In this document: positions 12,400 to 26,294 of the stretch, piece after piece | Layout: each line of letters starts with the position of its first letter | Position numbering within the stretch: position 1 is the first letter of the stretch | Origin: Octopus vulgaris | Lineage: Eukaryota | DNA length: 64,000 nt | Direction: 5' to 3' | Assembly: GCA_951406725.2 (NCBI GenBank) | Contig: OX597829.1 | Span: forward strand, 20,832,001 to 20,896,000 | Notes under the pieces: generated by a model | Seen by the model: the letters and a program-made list of their open reading frames with translations, nothing else | The model's database searches: none | What the model was told of the DNA's origin: nothing | Translations under genes and position numbers: made by a program

Positions 12400-13100
12400 T
12401 TTGGCTCAACTCATTTCATATGCACCCTTATTAATGGTTGATGCCTCAGCTGTAGGAATTGGTGGAGTTTTGCAACAGTTTGTTCTTAATGCATGACAAC
12501 CACTTTCCTTTTTTTCAACTCCTCGAACTAGCAGAATCAAAGTATAGTATCTTTAGTAGAGAACTTTTGGCTCTTGAAACATTTCCGACATTTTCTTGAG
12601 GGATGATAGTTTATGGTTTTCTCCGATCACAAACCGTAAACTCTTGCTCTATAGCCACAAACAGGTAAATATTCTCCCAGAGATTTACAACATTTGGATT
12701 TCATTTCACAATACACTTGATATTTGGAATATCAAGGACGCATATAACTCTCCAGCTGATATCTTCTTTCACATATATAGTAATGCTTTACATACTCCAG
12801 ATTCCACTAACTTGCAGCAAATTGCGTTGGATTAAGAACAAGATGATAAAGTTTTGCATCTTCAATCGTTGGGGTCACCTCCTTTGACCTTTGTCCACTA
12901 CCACTACATTTTACAGAATCTTCTATTCGGTATGATGTTTCTGCTGGTTTTTCCAAACATAATGTTCCTAAGATTCATAGACGAACAGATTTTCTTTCTT
13001 TTTTTTTTTCTTGGTTCTTCATAAATTATCTCATCCAGCTATTTCAACAACAGCGAAATTAATTTCAGGTCGTTCCATGTGGCCCTGTGTGCAGAAAGAC
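12400..13100 (+). mobile_element. Gypsy LTR-retrotransposon pol relic (RNase H and integrase N-terminus)
   Basis: Manual translation gives LMVDASAVGIGGVLQQ, YSIFSRELLA and HPAISTTAKLISGRSMWP. Confidence 0.75.
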
Positions 13101-13519
13101 AACAACAGACTCCTCAAACAAAATCCTCTACTCCCAACTATGCAAGGGAAAAAGAAACCATGGAAGACCTAGACTGAAATTCAAAGATATTGCAGAAAGG
13201 AACGTGAAGTGGAAAGGAATTGATCATAATGAATGGTAAACCCAAGCGAAAACCGACCACTATGGAGAAAGCTCAAGTCATGCCAAAGTCACAAACAGTC
13301 ATAGTTATAACGACTGACAACAGATACATTGCAACTATTAAGAATTTCCCACTGTCGGGACTTTTAATGGCTTCCATTTATATACAACTTTTTATGTATT
13401 TGTTTTTCATTATATGTTATATAAATATTGTGTTGGCCAAAAGATCTCTATGTTTTTCTGTTTATTTAAGCGAAAATAAGACAGAAGTTTTAAACACAAA
13501 GCAATTTATTCAGTCAATA

Positions 13520-13860
13520 ATATGATTACCATTTCGTCTGAATATCTTCTGCCATCTTATGAGTATATCTAGTATTCCCTGCTCAAAGAATGTCCTGTCT
13601 TTACTGGCAAAAAAAAAAAAAAAAAAACTTTTCCAGCTGAATTTTTACACCCTTCTCATAGTTGAAGGTTCGTCCATTCTATGAATTTTGAAGAGACCGA
13701 AACAGATGGTAATCTGAAGGCGCGAGGTCAAGTGGATAATGGAGTGTGACAAAACTTCTTAGTCAAGCCCCAATAACTTCTGCTGAAAGACAACGTCCTT
13801 ATGATTAGCAAGTGCCAAATGCTTCTGGTGGATCACTGTGTTTAATTTGTCGTGGTGGTC
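13520..13860 (-). mobile_element. mariner transposase 3' relic
   Basis: Reverse strand reads DLAPSDYHLFRSLQN. Confidence 0.7.
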
Positions 13861-14914
13861 ATTGTATTATATGCACTAGCGTAGCTAGAGTGTGCTACCC
13901 GGGGCAGCCCTTATAATTATTCATTAGCAAACCATATATGAGAGAATTTGAATGACATTAATATTCATCTAAGATAGTGTTACTTCCTCACCTGAGGAGG
14001 ATAGATACAATACTATCTGCTTGTCAGAATTATAGTATCTTTTAGTAAGTTTATCACAGGCTCGATTTTGTTATCCTCTTGTTAATGGTTGAAACTAAAA
14101 TAACTTTTACGTAATAATGAAGTACGAAATGAAGGTGGTGAAGGTAAAGGTGGTTGTAGGCCCTGGTGACGTTTTGTCATCTTTTAAATATATGGTGAAT
14201 TATTAAGATGTGGTTACACTGCAAATTCTAAATCCCGCACAAATTCTAAATTCATAACTACAGATAAACTGTTATTAATCTTTCAATGTCCATATCTTGT
14301 TATACTGCAACTTTTTTTAAAAAATTAATGCTATTTTTCTTAGGACCCACAATGTTTCAAATTTGTGATGTGTTATGCAATTCAAAAAAACTATAGCATT
14401 TATTATTCACTTTATTTGTATTGTAATGCATTATTGCATCTATTTGACGACATTTTATATCTTACAATGTATTTTCAGGATCTCTCCGCAGTATAAGTGA
14501 AGGCAATGCCAAGAATTTGGGGTTGATATCAAGAGAGAAACTATGCTCAAGTTCTATAAATATAGAAATAAGAAGAATAGATCAACATATGTTTATGGTA
14601 TAATTTTCATATTCAATAACTTCTAATATCCCTCATAAATTCTTTACTGCACTAGATGGGTATTTCCCACTTTCAAGTAAATATGGGAAATTATTTAATA
14701 GACATAGTGTTAAGTTTTCATACTCAGCCACTAGAAATTTAGTCGAGATTATCGAGGCTCGAAATAAACAGAGAATTAGAGAATATCTAAATTCTAAATC
14801 TATAAATAATTGTAGAAGTGATAATATGTATAGTGAAATTAACGTTACTGATAATCATTCAGAACAAGGTTTAGATTCTATAATTGACCAAAATGTTGAT
14901 AATATAGTTAGTCT

Positions 14915-16420
14915 TTTACTTTGTATTGATGTACACTAGGTACATCTTATAATGTTCCTACCTACGCCCTTTTCTACAGATTGAACGGGGTCATCTACCT
15001 GAAGAGATTTGTGATTTGGCTGCCTTCCTACTTACTGAGACTTTGTTTTTGGCTAGGTTAACTCTAAGATCCTTCGATTCTAGACCTTGCTTCCACAACT
15101 GAAACTTCTTCTCTAATTCTGGTAGTGACTTAACTATAAGAGCAAGGTTTTCAGCACAGAAGAGCTTCCAGGGGCATCCTGTCTTAAATTCCTCTTTTAC
15201 CTGGAGTACTATGATGAACAAGAGGGGGTTGAGGACTGGCCCTTGGTAGACCCCTATTTCTACCCGGAATTCTTCACTATACTCATTGTCAACCCTCTCA
15301 CCTTACTGACAGCATCCCTGTACATGGCTTGTACAGTTCTCACAAACTATCCCTAGTTTCTGGATTGACCACCAGAAATAGGATCAGGGGACCCTGTCAA
15401 AGGCTTTCTCCATGTCAACAAAAGCCAAGTACAGAGGTTTATCTTTGGTTAGATATTTTTCCTGCAGCTGTCTTACCATAAACATAGCATCAGTGATGCT
15501 TCTTCCTAGCACAAACCCAAACTGAATCATCTATATTCTCTCCCTAATTAGTTGGCCTATGACCCTTTCTGTGACTTTCATCACTTTATCCAACAATTTG
15601 GTACCTCTGTAATTATTTCCATCTAAGGCATCACTTTACTTTTGTAGCAGTTGACTATAGTGCTGCTACACCAGTCATTGAGTATGACTCCTTCGTGTAT
15701 CACCTCGTTAACTATATGGATGACTAGACTATAGCCTACACTGCCAGATAGTTTAAGCATCTCAGCAGTGATTCCTGGTGTGCTGAGGACTTTCCCTATC
15801 TTCATACTCTTAATTGATTTATCTACCAAGGTACTGTCATTTCGGATAGCTGGTCCCTCTGTTGGGTCGACATTTGGCAGACTCTCTTTCTCCCATTCAT
15901 TCTCTTTGTTTAGCAACCTTTCATAGTGTTGTCTCCAAGCCTCTCTCTTTGCAGCATCATTAAATGCAAGTGAGTCATCATCCATGTAGACACATCTCTC
16001 TCCTATGACACCACGATTCTTTTTCACTCACTGTCTTGCAATTCAAAACTCTTCAAGTCTCTGGTCCTCACGTAACAGAACATTGGCAAATTTCTTCTTA
16101 TCTGCTTCCTCTTTGTCTGAGAAAACCTATCTCTTAGCTTCCCTTCTGGTAATCTGATACAGTTCTCAGCTACCACCACACTTTCAGTCCTTCCATGCCT
16201 GTTTCTTTTCCCTAATGTCCCTGTCAACTACATTGTTCCATCACCATCTCACCTTAGGTCGAGAGGGGAGTTGGCATCAACCACAGATTTGGTCAGTAGC
16301 CCTCAATATGTTGTCCCGTGGGAACCAACAGTTGCCCTCCACATTATGTGATGTTACATCCTCTTTTTCATCAAAAGCTTCAAATAATGTCTCTAATTCT
16401 CTATCCATTCAGAGGATCAT
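14915..16420 (-). mobile_element. RTE-clade LINE fragment, same family as 1-1660
   Basis: ORF 15623..16027 is nearly collinear with ORF 29..445; RT remnants VDMEKAFD and CPWKLFCAENLAL. Confidence 0.88.
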
Positions 16421-17019
16421 CCGTTATTATTAATATTTAAGTTATCTAGTGTATTCATAAATAATTGTATATATTATTATTAATTAAAATAATTTTTCAA
16501 TAATTATATAATAAAGTTAATTCTTATATAAGAGATTATTATAATGAATAAATAGATATTTGGTTGTTTTTCTGTAATCTCTATTTTTTAATTACCCAAT
16601 GAGATCCACAGTGGTTGTATATGTTGCTGAATATAATAATTTTTCAGTTATTATGAAATAAGGTTAATTTCTATAGAAGTGTTTATTATAATTAGAAATA
16701 TTGAATTTCTAAATGTCTCAGAGAGACAAAAGCAGTGGTGAAGCGATATAGTGGTCGTATACTGTCAACTCAATGTGACAGTCCCGTAAGGGAATTACAC
16801 CACCGCCATTTAGCCCTAGGAAACATCGATGTCTCCTGTCGGCTTTGACACATTTTCGACAGTATACGACCACTATATCATTTGACCACCGCTTATGCCT
16901 CTCTGAGACATTTAGAAATTCAATATTTCTAATTACAGTGATCAGTAAATAAATTTTACTGATAATATAATATATTTGCAGAGAGGTTGCAGTCATCTCA
17001 GCGAGCGAGGCAGGCTACA

Positions 17020-17063
17020 CTGAACTGACGATGAGCAATACACTCAGAAACATATGCCTTCAG
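17020..17063 (+). ncRNA. Minimal type I hammerhead motif (cleavage triplet reads GCC)
   Basis: CTGAA-CTGACGA-TGAG caataca CTCA-GAAA-CATATG-CC-TTCAG, with perfect stems I and II. Confidence 0.7.
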
Positions 17064-18020
17064 GTGCCTTGTCCCGGCTTGCGGGGGGGATTGCCTCCCC
17101 TTTGCAAATATAAGGACACAGAAAATGTGTCAAAGCCGACAGGAGATGTTGATGTTTCCTATGGCTAAATGGCGGTGGTGTAATTCCCTTACGGGACTGA
17201 CACATGTTTATTATAATAAATAGACAAATATGTAATTGATTATTGTGATGTAAAGTATATACATTTCTATTAAGCACTACATAGAATTATTATTTGTAGT
17301 TTTTATTCTTTAGTTATCTATTAAGCATTACATAGAACTCTTGTCTACAATTTTTGTTCTTTAGATATCCAGTGGTATCATCAATTTTAGTAGACAAATA
17401 AACTCGTTTTCTACATTAGATGTTTTTTTATGTAGATTTCAAACTGTTAAAAAATATGGAATTAGTATGGTATTTTTATATTTTATTTTTATGAACTAAA
17501 TTAGTTATTCAATGATGTTGCACTAGGTTGAATGAATGTCTAAAGTTAAATTTGGGTTGGCAGTTCTTTTTGTAAGCGTTTTTTAACAGCTATATTTTTT
17601 TCAGATGTTCAGTTAGAATTTCTCCAATTTGAATTACCTTGATAATGTGTTGACATAAATTTGTGTACATATTAATTTTGATAATATTATGTGTGTTTGT
17701 ATGTGTGTGTGTGTGTATGTGTGTGCGTGTGCACGCATGTGTATGAATTTATATATATGTATGTATATCTTAATGCAATTGAAGCAGTTGTTGGATTTTT
17801 AAGACTTGATCTAAAATAAAGATATGATTTTCTTTGTACATATTACTGATTGTTGTATGGTGCTCCAGCATGGCTATAGTCAAATGACTGAAACAAATAA
17901 AAGAACAAAAGATATCAAACCATCCAAGTTACAGATATCATATTTCTGGTACTAATTATAGGATGGCCTGATGCATATGGAGTTATGACAGATTGATTTC
18001 ATACTCAGCCACACACTCTA

Positions 18021-18355
18021 CGCACAGGTGTGGATGTGTGGTAAAGAAGTTTGTTTTCCAGCCACATGGTTACGGGTTCAAGATGCGTGGCATCTTTGGT
18101 GTGTGTCTTCTACTGTAGCCTAGGGCCGACCAAAGCCTTGTGAGCACACACACACATATATATATTATCCCCCCCAAACACTGCTTGACGGCTAGTGTTT
18201 GTATGCTTGCTTCACAATAACCTTGGCGGTTCGGTGAAGGATACCGATGGAGTGGGTACCGGGCTTATAAAAGTAGGTACAGAGGCGATTCGTTCGACAA
18301 AATCTTTTCAAGGTCGTGCCCCAGCGTGGCCACAGTCTAACGACTAACACAAGTA
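18021..18355 (+). mobile_element. tRNA-derived SINE, degenerate copy
   Basis: Homologous to 24443-24840. Confidence 0.7.
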
Positions 18356-18372
18356 AGCTATAACGCGCACAC

Positions 18373-18412
<40 letters not shown>

Positions 18413-18437
18413 TGATAGAAGTAAATAGGCAATCTTA

Positions 18438-19729
18438 CGAGGGGCGTTCAATAAGTAATGCCCCTGACCCACTTCTCATAGCAGTAGAGCAACGAAACTT
18501 GGAACAGTTATTAGTCTTTTTCTACATAGGAACCACCCAGAGTTACGCATTTCTCCCATCGTTTGATGCAGCTCTGAAGACCGTTTTTGTGGAAGACCCC
18601 AGCTTGGTCCTCCAACCACGACGTGACTTCAGAAATCAAGGCTGCATCATCTGGAAAACGCTTTCCTTTCAAAAACAACTTCATGGCTGGGAAGAGGTGA
18701 AAATCAGAGGGTGCAAGGTCAGGAGAGTAGGGGGGATGGGGGATGAGTTCATAGCCGCACGCCTGTGCTTCTGATCTGGCGACATGCGAGTTGTGGATCG
18801 GAGCGTTGTCCTGCAGGAGGAGGATGCCTTTGCTGATCTTGCCCCGCCTCTTGATTTTGATAGCTTCTCTTAATTTCCTCAAAAGTGAAGCATAATAGAC
18901 TCCTGTAATTGTGGCACCCTTTGCCAGGAAATCTGTCTTCACTACTCCGTCCTGGTCCCAGAAGACTGTAAGCATGACCTTGCCAGCGGAGGGCTGCACC
19001 CTTGCCTTCTTCGGAGGAGGTGAGTCACGGTGCTTCCACTGCATTGACTGGGCTTTGGTCTCTGGATCATAGTGATGGACCCAGGTTTTATCCTATGCAA
19101 TCAGTCTTTTGAAAAATTTTGACTCATCTTCTTGGCACATCTCCAAATTCATCCTCGAGCAATCGACGCGTTCTTGCTTCTGGAAAGGTGTGAGCAACCT
19201 GGGAATCCATCTGGCAGACACCTTTTGCATATGCAAATGGTCATGAATGATAGTTTCTACAGACCCGGTACTAATCTTGACCTCATGGGCTATTTGGCGA
19301 ATAGTTATGCGTCGATCTTCCAAAATAGCAGCCTCAACTTGACAGACAGATGCCTCATCAATGGCAGAAGAGGGCGACCAGATCTGGGAGCTGTTTCCAC
19401 AGAGTTCCGACCATGTTTGAATTCACGATGCCAGCGTTTTACAAGGTCATATGATGAGGCATCATCACCATAAGTTACTTTCATTTCATCAAAAGTCTCC
19501 CGTGGTATGTGTCCTTTCAAATACAAAAACCGGATCACTGCTCGACACTCAACATGCTCCATTTCACACTTGACTCAGTTCAAACACCTGTAAATCGGAA
19601 ACCACAATTAGTTCAGAGCTGTAATTTGCCACTTAATCTATAGAGATATAAATAATTGCACATGCAAAATTTCAGCTAGATCAAACAACTGCAAGTGGGT
19701 CAGGGGCATTACTTATTGAACGCCCCTCG
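18438..19729 (-). mobile_element. Full-length mariner (DD34D) element, 1292 bp, with 37-bp perfect TIRs and TA TSD; transposase has one frameshift and one stop
   Basis: TIR CGAGGGGCGTTCAATAAGTAATGCCCCTGACCCACTT at both ends; WIPRLL, QDNAPIH and YSPDLAPSDFHLF motifs. Confidence 0.96.
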
Positions 19730-19799
19730 TATAATCATTAAAAATTACTTAAATCTGAAATTATACTTTCAAATTATTTATTAATTGTTATAATGTCAA

Positions 19800-20670
19800 T
19801 GTTTATTATTTAGTAGACATGCCCTTTGCATTTTTCAATGCAAAGACCCTATTAAGCATGTTACTGAATAAAGAGTCTTCTTTAATCTTTTCACCCCTGG
19901 AGAAAATTGGAAGGAGTTCTTTATGCAATACGGACGCATATTTGTCTGAGTTTGTGTTTCCCCCACACTCCACCTGCTCTGATCGACAATTACTCCAAAA
20001 TGCTCCCCAGGCTATCACAGAATAGCTACCATGTTTCGTTGTAAGGTACAATCTTTTCACATCAAATTCTTGATCACAGAGTCTCCAGACCCACACTCGA
20101 CCACTGTCAGGAAATACAAATCTGGACTCATCAGAGAATATGACAGTGTCCCAAAATGCTAGTGGCCTCTCCACCATCTTGGTGGCCCAATCTTTTCTCC
20201 GCTTGATGTTGGCTGGTTGAAGAAATGGTTTCCTTCTTGCTGTTCGGTCATAGTAACCAAGTTTGTAGAGATACCTGACAGCTGTTCTGGAACTGATATC
20301 AACTTGTTCTGCTATGACAGAGGCCTTGCAACGAGAATTATCCTCCACAATTCTCTTAACAAAGAGAAGGGTTGTGGTTGATCTGGGCGAAGTGACGTGG
20401 ACTCGTCTCTGGTGAATTGTACACTGTAGAAAGTGGGATCCCAAGGTTTTCTGCGATTTTACGCTATGTCAACCTTCAGAATTACCCACTATACGACCTC
20501 TTTGAAATTCAGACAGTTTCAAGGCTTTTTTTTTTTTCTGTATATGGCATGATTAAACAGTCACATATAGAACCTGAAACATCAAAATGTCAATTAATAA
20601 AAAAAATTTAAACCTTTACACATTAGAATAAACATAAAACGACATTTTATGGGGTATTTATTTACTTCTG
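19800..20670 (-). mobile_element. Tc1-like transposon relic
   Basis: ORF 19806..20444 has ARRKPFL, VIFSDESRF and KHGSYSVIAWG. Confidence 0.85.
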
Positions 20671-20671
20671 T

Positions 20672-20715
<44 letters not shown>

Positions 20716-20790
20716 CGCATGCATGTGTGACAGTGTGTGTGTGTGTATATATATATACTTTATTTAAAAGCAGCAGAAATATAACAAAAG

Positions 20791-20828
20791 CTGTTACTCA
20801 GAGTTTCACGTTCCCGTTCGTCGGACAG
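20791..20828 (-). ncRNA. Minimal hammerhead motif with CCGACGA core, within a short Penelope pLTR relic
   Basis: Minus strand reads CTGT-CCGACGA-ACG ggaa CGT-GAA-ACTC t GAGT-A-ACAG; stems I and II pair, stem III has a 1-nt loop, GUA cleavage triplet. Confidence 0.7.
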
Positions 20829-21513
20829 TTTTGTTAAATAAAGCATATTACTCTACCTCTGGTATTTGAGTACTCTTTTTTCCACCTTGTTTCACATTTA
20901 TGTGCTTACTCCGGTATATGTACATATATATATACAGAAGATTCTCATTGGCTTGTACATTGAATCAGTACTATTACTGAACTAACCAATAGAATATATA
21001 CATAAAAAAATGAGAATAACAATTCTTAACTAAAATCTGGCTACTCTAGACTTTGTGGCAACATGGCATAGAATGTTCAAGTACAATGATGCAGAACTGC
21101 TTTAGAGATTTGATTAATTTTCCTCAACAGGTTTTTTTTTTTTATACAATCATTTACATACTACAAACTGATCAAAGAAGAGAAAAGAACAGAGAAAAAA
21201 ACGAAAAACTTGTTTTCATACATTGTAATAAATTACTGGCTTACTATTACTTTCTGCGTCAACAAATTTCTTTTATGGTTCTTAAAGTACAATTCTTCTA
21301 TTAGTAAATAAGTAAATCCAGACATACTTCTTATCATTTTATCAGTCAAAATTTGTCATACACCACACCAAACAAAGTAAATTTTGTTTTTTATTCTATT
21401 TCTGTATCACTATAACACTCTTCTTTTATAATAGATTTTTTTTTTTTGCTTGCTAAGAGGTGGAGTTTAGCTATCCCAAAAACTAGCAGTCGTGCACACA
21501 CACACACACTCTT

Positions 21514-21545
<32 letters not shown>

Positions 21546-21604
21546 ATAGATATAGATGACACAAACAGATAGTCATGGCCAATACCAGTGACACATAAAA
21601 AGCA

Positions 21605-23938
21605 AAATTGGTCCCAAGTCGTTACCTCCCCCACAAGGGGTAACAACACTTTGGATCTGCTACTTACCGCTTCTCCAGAAACAATCATTAGTGTCACTAC
21701 CGAAGAACCTTTAGGTGACTCTGATCATTCCATGATCATGGCCGACTTGTCTCTGATTGGTTGTAACAAAAAACACAACCATCTTCAGACTGCCAGCTTT
21801 GACTGGAATAAAGCAGACTGGAATTCTTATTGGACCGAGCTGCAACACCCAAACTGGCTCGAATTTTATGCCTCTGGAGATGTGGACACTATACTCCAGA
21901 ACATTCTGAATTCAATATGTGCAGCATCAGAACTATGCAAGCACAAAAAACCACCCAATAGTGCAATTTGGGAGACTGCAGCAGTCCGACTTGCCAGGAA
22001 AGAACGCCGTAATGCTGAACAGGAATACAAATTGCACAAATCAGAGAGCAACAGGAAAAAACACAATAGGTCAGCCAACCACCTCAAGCAGGTGACAAAA
22101 AAGGCAGTGATTGAATTTGAACAATGCATTGCAGCTAACCCTGACAGCAAAGTGCTCTGGAAGTATGTGCACTCAAAGCAGAGACCCCACTCTCCAGTTG
22201 GTCCACTTCGCAATCCCCACACAGGACAGATTACTGACAATCCCAAAGAATGTGCAGAAATCATTGCTGGATGCTATGCCGGCATCTTTACTGTCGAAGA
22301 CCAAAATGTTCCATCATCATCACCACTGACATCGGACTCTATATCTACTATGCAATTTACACCAGCAATGCTACAATGCCACCTTAAGAATAAATGCAAA
22401 TATGCCTCACCTGGTCTCGATGGTGTTACATACCTACTTCTCAAACGCGGTGGGTACTTTCTTCTAAGCCAACTTCCTCTATTCTTCCAATTTTGTCTTG
22501 ACAGAACAGTGGAAAACTGCCAGTGTTATCCCTCTGTTCAAAAAGGTGACTGCACATCGCCTGTCAACTATCGCCCCGTTAGTCTTACTAGTTGCATCGC
22601 CAAACTGATGGAATCCTGTATCAGAGAAACCCTCTGGAACTTCTGGAAGTCTCACAGCCTCATCCAGCCATCACAATTTGGATTTATTCCTAACTCCAGC
22701 TGCTGTAATCAACTCATCGAGTTTCTTGAGGACGTTACCCAAATCACTGATCATGGATCCTGGGTGGATGTTGTTTACCTGGAATTTGCTATGGCTTTTA
22801 ACTCTGTGCCACACAAAAGACATATGGTGAAGCTCTCTGCGTTGGGCGTAAGAGACGAACTCTATAACTGGTTGAAGTCCTTTATTTTTGGCCGAAAAGA
22901 GGTTGTCACAGTTCTAGGACAGCACTCTTCACCCTATGAGATGACATCTGGTGTACCACAGGGATCTGTTCTTGGCCCCCTTTTATTTGTTGCATATGTT
23001 AATGACATAGATGCCAACTTAAAGAATGCCACAGTACTGAAATATGCAGATGACATCAAGCTGTACCTTGAAATAAAGAGGTCAGATCCTGTACACTATA
23101 GATCTCTATTGCAATCAGACCTGGACACAATGCAGCAGTGGATCATGGACTGGCAACTCAAGCTGGCTGTGGACAAATGTACCACCATGCATTTTGGGAG
23201 GAGAAACCCAGCGTCCACCTACTCCCTTCACAACACTAATCTCAAAAAGTCTTCATGTGAAATTGTCAAGAAGGCTGAGGGTGTCTTGGCATCACTCACC
23301 AAATCCTTTGTGAGCCGCTCTCCAACTAACTATCTGCGGCTTTATATAGCTATGGTACGACCTCACCTGGAATTTGCATCACCAGTCTGGAACCCTTATC
23401 TTGCCCAGGATATCAACCATCTGGAAGCCGTTCAGCAACGTGTAACCAAAAGAATACCCTCCATCAGGCATTTGCCATATCCTGAACGCCTTACTTCCCT
23501 GGGCATGGACACATTGAAACTCTGACGTCTGGCAGCTGACTTGGCAGACACCCATAAAATTATCAACCATCTTACAAACAATAACTCTGAGCACCTTTTC
23601 AAACTCCACCCGTCTAACACCCGTGGACATATTTACAAAGTCAGAAAACAGCACAGCTCCCATGACTTCAGGAAACATTTTTTCACGCTGAGAGTTGCTG
23701 AAGCATGGAACAAACTGCCGGCATCAGTTGTTAGTTGTCGGAGCACTGCATCCTTCAAAATTTCCATACTTTCTGAGATTCGGCAACACTACACCTGATT
23801 TTCTCCCCTCCATACACACACACAAGCATGTATCTGACTCATACATTGTTCACTTTCCAGACATTTGTACATTACTGCATATACTCTATATGCACTTTCT
23901 GACAAGTTTGGTGCACCTGAGCACTGTATACAATAATT

Positions 23939-23985
<47 letters not shown>

Positions 23986-24040
23986 TATTATTATTATTAT
24001 TATTATTATCATTATTATTATTATTATTATTATTATTTAT
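21605..24040 (+). mobile_element. CR1/L2-type LINE, 5'-truncated, with (ATT)n tail
   Basis: ORF 21588..23525 has PTRGNNTLDLLL, LGDSDH, NYRPVSLTS, GVPQGSVLGP and YADD. Two short internal deletions relative to the 58.5-61 kb copy. Confidence 0.93.
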
Positions 24041-24442
24041 TTTAAATGGGTGGTGTAGGAAGGGCAGGCAGCCATAGAAACCAAACCAAATTAGCCTGGA
24101 ACCAGTTTACCAATCCCAGTCAAACCATCTAGCCCATGCCAGCATGGAAAACATATGTTAAATAATGATGATTTTTACAGAGATAGTTATTATCCAGAGG
24201 ACAGGTACTTCTTTTTTCTAAAATTGTAGCTTTTAATATTGGTTCTAAATTTTGGCAAAAGACCAGCAGTTATGAAGCAGGGGTGTCAGTCGATTACATT
24301 GACCCCTAGTATAATTTATATTAGAATAAGAAGCAGAATATTCATTTATTATTACGTAGGTTTTGTTTTAGTGAGCTATTCATGTCTGGGCATAATATTT
24401 TCATTATATCCAGCCCTGCTTTGTACTTCATTATAATAATTA

Positions 24443-24840
24443 GGCGTAGGAGTGGCTGTGTGTTAAGTAGCTTGCTTACGAACCACTTGGTTCTGGGTTC
24501 AGTCCCACTGCATGGCACCTTGGGCAAGTGTCTTCTACTATAGCTTCGGGCCAACCAAAGCCTTGTGAGTGGATTTGGTAGGTGGAAACTGAAAGAAGCC
24601 CGTCGTATATATGTATATATATATGTATGTGCGTGCATGTTTGTGTGTCTGTGTTTGTCCCCCAACATCACTTGACAACCGATGCTGGTGTGTTTACGTC
24701 CCCATAACTTAGCGGTTTGACGAATGAGACCGATAGAATAAGTACTAGGCTTACAAAGAATAAGTCCTGGGGTCGATTTGCTCGACTAAAGGTGGTGCTC
24801 CAGCATGGCCACAGTCAAATGACTGAAACAAGTAAAAGAG
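24443..24840 (+). mobile_element. tRNA-derived SINE
   Basis: A/B-box-like head (GTGGCTGTGTG..., GGTTCAGTCCC), internal microsatellite, multiple copies in window. Confidence 0.85.
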
Positions 24841-25189
24841 TAGAAGAGCCCATTTATATATTTCTTTGTTAGTAGATAATTTAGATATTTTACTTAGTAC
24901 AGTTTTACTGATTGAATTAATGGGGGTTTTTAGGTTATTGGTTCTATTGACATAATAGAAATTCTTATCAGGTTTATGAAACAGAGAAAGAAGACCAGTA
25001 TTTAGCTCTAAAATAACAGCAAGAAAATTGGCAACTTTAAGGAAATCTCTATAGAGGTCACAAGTCCAAAGTTTAGGGAAATTTTTCTTAATTTCTTCCT
25101 CATTCTTTCTATTTCTACCTTACTGAAGTTACTAATTGGGAAAAGTACATCGTCCCTACAAAGACCACCCAAAAGAACCCAGGAAATTA

Positions 25190-25352
25190 CTCTGTGGTAA
25201 GAAGCTTGCTTCCCAACCACATGGTTCCAGGTTTGGTCCAATTGCATGTCACCTTAAGCAAGTGTCTTCTACTGTAGCCTTGAGTCAACCAAAGCCTTGT
25301 GAGTGGATTTGGTAGATGGAAACTGAAAGAAGCCTTTGTGTGTGTGTATATA

Positions 25353-25388
<36 letters not shown>

Positions 25389-25575
25389 TGTATTTGTGTC
25401 TGTGTTTGTCTTTCCACCATTGCTTGATGTGTGTTTATGTCTCTGTAACTTAGCAGTTCAGCAAAATGAGACAGAAGAATAAGTACATATAAAGAATAAG
25501 TCTTGGGATCAATCTATTTGACTAAAAGCAGTGCTCCAGCAAGGCCACATTCAAATAACTGAAACAAGTAAAAGA
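25190..25575 (+). mobile_element. tRNA-derived SINE, same family
   Basis: Homologous to 24443-24840. Confidence 0.8.
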
Positions 25576-25829
25576 AAACAGACAATGCAAAATATATATG
25601 CCCACCAAACCTGTTACTTGTACTGAGCCACTGGACTCCATAGAAATAGTCAGTCATTGACCCTGTTTTTCCTAGCCCATAGTTAGCCACCAAATTCAAC
25701 CACGATTCTAGCACTGAGAATTATCTATTCTTTCCTAGAAAGTGTTGAGTTCTTTATGGTGAATATTAAGGATATGCATATGAATATATCCTTATATATG
25801 CTTATCAGTATATCCTATACTGATATACT

Positions 25830-26165
25830 TCATCATCATCATCATTGTTCGACCGTGGTCGAGACAATGGAATTTACCATGCTATGCCAGACTTCACAGT
25901 CCATCATGGCATTACAGAGGTCCTGTTGCTGGATGCCTGTATCCCTGGAGATTACATCAGGGTAGGAGAGTGTGCGCCCTCTGGTATTGCGAGCAGATGG
26001 CTTCCAGAGGAGAAGAGTAGAAATTACTTCTTTTTCAGCTCTACAACAATGTCCAGCAAACTGGACTCTCCTACCTTTCACAAGAGATGACACAGGTGGT
26101 AGTTTCCCATATATTTGCATTTTGGTTGGATGGTGCTTCCACAAGAGATTTTGAGCTCTCATATC
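25830..26165 (-). mobile_element. RTE-like LINE 3' fragment with (TGA)n tail
   Basis: ORF 25842..26162 reads RRVQFAGHCCR...LLLWKP...RGR. Confidence 0.75.
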
Positions 26166-26294
26166 AGTATAAGAAAAATGCTAGGCTAATAACTATCAAT
26201 ATTGACATGAGTTACATTTATATTTATCCTGAATATCCTTGGACCATTTCTTTACTTCAACAGTAGAATTTAAGTTTGGAACAAAGAGTAAATA

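Noticed and set aside
13875-14900. Possible hAT or Helitron 5' region
   Set aside because: A terminal-like motif is present, but no matching end or recognisable protein motif could be confirmed.
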